Positions 41,044 to 44,600 of a stretch of DNA of 44,600 nucleotides are shown here, in pieces. The position numbers and the translations under genes are program-made. The notes beneath the pieces are model-generated. The model was not told the DNA's origin and ran no database searches. It worked only from the letters and a program-made list of their open reading frames with translations. Source of the DNA: Chlamydiota bacterium (GTDB lineage Bacteria > Auribacterota > UBA3054 > B51-G9); the NCBI GenBank assembly GCA_030596365.1, contig JAUVKG010000001.1, positions 1-44,600 of the forward strand. Direction: 5' to 3'. Within the stretch, counting starts at the first letter, position 1, and each line of letters begins with the position of its first letter.

Positions 41044-42798
41044 ATGCCTACTAATAACGAAATAGCAAAAATTTTAAGTGAAACTGCTGATATCCTTGAA
41101 ATCCAAGGCGCAATTGTTTTTCGCGTTCGCGCTTATAGAAACGCCGCACGGGTTATTGAAAATATGACGGATAAACTTTCTGATATTGTCGCACGCAACC
41201 CTGATGAACTGAATTCAATTCGAACTATCGGCAAAACGCTTCACGACAAAATTATTGAGTTTTGCGAAACGGGGAAGGTAGAAGAATTCGACAAATTAAA
41301 AGAATCTCTGCCGCCCGGATTACTTGAAATGCTTAAAATTCAGTCTTTTGGTCCAAAAAGGGTTAAACTTGTTTATAATAAACTTGGAATTGATAGTGTT
41401 AATAAATTAGAAGAAGCTGCTTCGGAAGGAAAAATCCGCGTTTTACCGGGAATGGGTGAAAAAAGTGAGACTAAAATTCTAAAAAGTATCCGCGATTTTC
41501 GTACGCTGCAAACCGATAGAAAACCCTGGGCGGAAGCTGAGGAAATTCTTCAGAATTATCTTGGCTATATTACTAAAATAGACGGAATTCATCATATACA
41601 ACCGGCAGGAAGTTTCCGTCGATGTCGTGAGTCGGTTGGTGATTTGGATATTTTAGTTACCTGCAACGAAAACGCAGGTGGAATAATTCAGCATTTTGCT
41701 GAGTATCCTGAAGTTTTGGAAATACTCGCTCAAGGCGAAACAAAATCAAGTGTAGTTTTAAAAAGCAAAATTCAGGTTGATCTCCGCGTTGTAAAACCGG
41801 AAAGTTTCGGCGCGGCAATGCAGTATTTTACAGGCTCAAAAGAACATAACGTCGCTCTGCGCGCACTCGCGAAAGATAAAAATATGAAGTTGAGTGAATA
41901 TGGCGTTTTTCAAAATGATGAATCTATCGCTGGAAAATCCGAGGAGGAAGTTTATAACGCAATCGGGCTCGACTGGATTCCTCCTGAAATCAGAGAAAAC
42001 CGTGGAGAAATTGAAAAAGCAAAAAATCATACCTTGCCAAACCTTATTTCTTTAGATAAAATTAAAGGCGATTTGCACTGTCATACTACTCATACTGACG
42101 GATCTGCTAGTCTCCCCGAAATGGCTGCCGCGGCAAAAAAACTCGGTTATGAATACATCGCGATTACAGATCATTCGAAAGCAGTAACTATTGCTCACGG
42201 GCTTAGCGCGGAAAGGTTGCTTGATGAGATTATGGAAATCGATAAATTCCGCGGACAAAATCCCGGTATTTATATTTTTAAAGGAATAGAAGTTGATATT
42301 ATGGCTGACGGTTCGCTTGACCTCGATGACGAAATATTATCAAAGCTTGATTTTGCGATTGCCGCTATTCATTCAAGATTTGGTATGAACTCAGATGAAA
42401 TGACAGAGAGAATTGTTCGCGCGATTCAAAATCCTTACGTAAGGTGCGTCGCTCATCCTACAGGAAGATTAATAGGTGAAAGGATTCCTTATGAAATGGA
42501 CATTTCAAAAATAATTTCCGCTGCTAAAGAAAATGATGTTGCTCTTGAAATTAATTCTTCTCCTCACAGACTTGATATGAACGAATCCTTTACTTTCCAG
42601 GCACGCGAAGCCGGAGTTCCTATCTGCATAAACACGGATTCCCACTCGCCTGATGGATTCCTTAACATGCGATATGGTATAAATATCGCACGCCGGGCAT
42701 GGTGTACGGAAGATAATATTGTAAACTCATGGTCATTGGGAAAACTTAAAAGCTGGTTTAAACCACCTAAAGAAGTTGTTCAGTGCGAGCTGTTTTGA
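41044..42798 (+). CDS. polX: DNA polymerase/3'-5' exonuclease PolX (family X polymerase with a PHP domain)
   Basis: From the ATG at 41044 the protein begins MPTNNEIAKILSETADILEIQG (HhH). The Pol beta-like motifs GSFRRCRESVGDLDILV and MQYFTGSKEHN are present. The PHP motifs GDLHCHTTHTDG and AITDHS are present. The track start at 40900 would translate hairpin and repeat DNA. Confidence 0.9.
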   Translation: MPTNNEIAKILSETADILEIQGAIVFRVRAYRNAARVIENMTDKLSDIVARNPDELNSIRTIGKTLHDKIIEFCETGKVEEFDKLKESLPPGLLEMLKIQSFGPKRVKLVYNKLGIDSVNKLEEAASEGKIRVLPGMGEKSETKILKSIRDFRTLQTDRKPWAEAEEILQNYLGYITKIDGIHHIQPAGSFRRCRESVGDLDILVTCNENAGGIIQHFAEYPEVLEILAQGETKSSVVLKSKIQVDLRVVKPESFGAAMQYFTGSKEHNVALRALAKDKNMKLSEYGVFQNDESIAGKSEEEVYNAIGLDWIPPEIRENRGEIEKAKNHTLPNLISLDKIKGDLHCHTTHTDGSASLPEMAAAAKKLGYEYIAITDHSKAVTIAHGLSAERLLDEIMEIDKFRGQNPGIYIFKGIEVDIMADGSLDLDDEILSKLDFAIAAIHSRFGMNSDEMTERIVRAIQNPYVRCVAHPTGRLIGERIPYEMDISKIISAAKENDVALEINSSPHRLDMNESFTFQAREAGVPICINTDSHSPDGFLNMRYGINIARRAWCTEDNIVNSWSLGKLKSWFKPPKEVVQCELF

Positions 42799-42899
42799 TT
42801 TCGCGTTAGCGCCCGGCGTATGCTGGATGGATTTTAGATTACTATTATTCCATAAATTATAAAAGATGAATTTAAAACTTATACAATTCGTATTTTTTT

Positions 42900-43033
42900 C
42901 TTTGCGAGCTTAGCGCCTTAGCGAGAGTTTCTTTTATATTTATATTTTTTTAATTTTGTTTATTAACCCGAATATCAATAACAGTAGCTTTTTCAAGAAC
43001 AATTTATCTCGCAAAGGCGCTAAGCTCGCAAAG
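42900..43033. repeat. REPIN-like inverted doublet of a 27-28-nt unit (CTTTGCGAGCTTAGCGCCTTAGCGAGAG); a third copy lies at 4902-4929
   Basis: 42900-42927 and the reverse complement of 43007-43033 match at 26 of 27 positions and are 79 nt apart. 4902-4929 matches with 2 differences. Confidence 0.85.
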
Positions 43034-43174
43034 GAAATACAAATAAAGTAACGCATTAGAGGTTCTTCGACAAAAAATGATTTTATTAATCCAGCTAATT
43101 GTAAATTGAATTGACAATTAGCAAAGTTTCATCCAGTTCTTGAACAATTATTTCTGTTTTGCTATCATATATCT

Positions 43175-44428
43175 ATGATTGACTCATTAAACAAAATTTT
43201 TGCAAGTAAAGAAGAAACTGTTAATAAATGGCTTGAAAATAAAGCCGCAGGATTGAAAATCCCTTTTTATTCTTCAGCGGACATCCGGGATTCGGGATAT
43301 AAAGCCGCATGTATTGATTTGAATCTCTTTCCCGCCGGTTTCAATAATTTATGTGAAAGATTTTCCGATGAAGCTATTGACTCAATTAAAAAGGTCATAC
43401 AATTAAAATTTAACGGCAAACCACATAAAAATGTTTTGATCGTTCCGGAAGCTCACTCAAGAAATAAATTTTATAATGCTCATCTTTTAAGCCTAAGCGG
43501 TATTCTTGAAAAAGTCGGGCTGTCTGTAACTATTGCCGCAATGGACCCGGAAAATAAAAATCATCTGCTCGAAACTTTTGACGGTAATTTTTTAAAAACC
43601 GTGCCGTTTATTCGCAAAAATAATCTTCTCGTTGATCAAAACGATAATCCTTTCGATTGGATTCTCCTGAATAACGATCTTTCGGATGGAGAAATTAACC
43701 AGCTTGACGGTTTGAATCAACCTGTTCTTCCGCCGATATGTTTTGGATGGCACAAGCGTCGCAAATCTTATTTTTTTAAAAGTTACAATGATTTAATTAA
43801 TGAACTCGCTGATGAATTTGAGTTTGATTCATGGCTTTTAAGCGCAATAACCGATCTTGAAACTGATGTCGATTTTAATACTGAAAGTGGCCGCGAAAAA
43901 GTTGCTTCAGCTGTGGATCAGGTTTTGCAATCGGTAAAGAAAAAATATGATGAATATGGAATTAAAGATTCCCCCGGAGTTTTCATAAAAAATGATTCCG
44001 GTACTTATGGAATGGGGATTATGGTCGTTAAATCACCGGACGAAATCCTTAATATGAATCGGAAAGCACGAAATAAAATGGCTGTCGGGAAAGGTAAACA
44101 ACCTATTAATAACGTGATAGTTCAGGAAGCTGTTCCTACAAGAAATATTACCGATGATTTTGTTACCGAACCCGTTGTTTATCTTATCGGAACTCAAATA
44201 ATCGGAACTTTCCTGCGCGCCAACAGCGAACGTGGCGCAAGCGACAATCTTAACGCGAGAGGAATGAGTTTTTACAGATACTGTACACTGCATCCGGTTG
44301 ATTTTCCCAGCGAATGCGTTTGTAACAGCGATAGTCAGATAATTTACCGGATGCTTGGGAAAATCAGTGCAATTGCCGCCGCTAAAGAAGCGGATTTTAT
44401 GAAAGAACCATGCGTGGCAGAGGTGTGA
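43175..44428 (+). CDS. gshA: glutamate--cysteine ligase (GshA, PF08886-type)
   Basis: Blocks recalled from the betaproteobacterial GshA family are present: PFYSSADIRDSGYKAACIDLNLFPAGFNNL, LLNNDLS, GTYGMGIMVV, NKMAVGKG, EPVVYLIG and SDNLNARGMSF. Confidence 0.85.
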   Translation: MIDSLNKIFASKEETVNKWLENKAAGLKIPFYSSADIRDSGYKAACIDLNLFPAGFNNLCERFSDEAIDSIKKVIQLKFNGKPHKNVLIVPEAHSRNKFYNAHLLSLSGILEKVGLSVTIAAMDPENKNHLLETFDGNFLKTVPFIRKNNLLVDQNDNPFDWILLNNDLSDGEINQLDGLNQPVLPPICFGWHKRRKSYFFKSYNDLINELADEFEFDSWLLSAITDLETDVDFNTESGREKVASAVDQVLQSVKKKYDEYGIKDSPGVFIKNDSGTYGMGIMVVKSPDEILNMNRKARNKMAVGKGKQPINNVIVQEAVPTRNITDDFVTEPVVYLIGTQIIGTFLRANSERGASDNLNARGMSFYRYCTLHPVDFPSECVCNSDSQIIYRMLGKISAIAAAKEADFMKEPCVAEV

Positions 44429-44453
44429 AGTAAGCCGCGCTTCCAAGCGCGAG
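44429..44453 (+). repeat. stop-codon-abutting hairpin element AGTAAGCCGCGCTTCCAAGCGCGAG
   Basis: It begins immediately after the gshA TGA (44426-44428). It differs from 4669-4693 at one position. Confidence 0.85.
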
Positions 44454-44501
44454 CCATGGAGCCATGGAGTGATGGAGTGATGGAGTGATGGAGTGATGGA
44501 G
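44452..44501. repeat. octamer array (GCCATGGA x2, GTGATGGA x4)
   Basis: The array is read directly from the sequence. It uses the same octamer as 4768-4790. Confidence 0.95.
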
Positions 44502-44600
44502 AATTGGATGCGATTGTATTAATAAATAAATCTGAATTCATTCGTGTAAATTCGTGTAATTAGTGTCTCAATATTTTTTTTGCAAAATGACATTCGTGTC

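Noticed and set aside
85-44501. Whether the many short repeat arrays could be CRISPR arrays.
   Set aside because: The units are only 7-10 nt and directly abut with no unique spacers. No cas genes are present. They are short tandem repeats, not CRISPR.

Overview
This is an AT-rich bacterial chromosomal segment. All calls rest on reading the supplied translations and the DNA by eye; no search, HMM or folding program was run. I support about 40 protein genes, most of them housekeeping. A single co-directional minus-strand run spans about 16.1 to 40.6 kb: thioredoxin, RayT-like HUH transposase, queA, SpoIID-like, lepB, radical SAM, PIN/TRAM, rho, coaE, 5'-3' exonuclease, a pilus-like envelope module, a TPR protein, rnpB, a COG1579 zinc-ribbon protein, a secreted beta-helix-like protein, and tRNA-Ile and tRNA-Ala. 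Other genes are purD (partial), a YdgA/DUF945-like protein, apbE, a GH5 glycosidase, an ECF sigma/anti-sigma operon, yigZ, hemW, a NUDIX hydrolase, fabF, purE, tsaC, polX and a PF08886-type gshA. Two things stand out. (1) There is an orphan type-IV-pilus-like envelope module at 27.1-35.8 kb. It consists of a PilM-PilN fusion, a PilO-like protein, a zinc-ribbon/Asp-rich protein that may be PilP-like, and two tandem TPR-bearing secretins. No pilin, ATPase, platform protein or prepilin peptidase lies anywhere in the window. From memory, the gene order resembles the Akkermansia Amuc_1102-1098 locus, which would suggest a PVC-superphylum organism, but this is a low-confidence recollection. (2) The intergenic DNA has an unusual repeat structure. 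Almost every spacer is built from a small vocabulary of short GC-rich hairpins plus arrays of 7-10 nt short tandem repeats, and the same units recur at many loci in either orientation. An operon-embedded RayT-like gene carries a perfect 44-bp palindrome inside its own coding sequence. I found no CRISPR array, prophage, or recognisable defence or toxin-antitoxin system.
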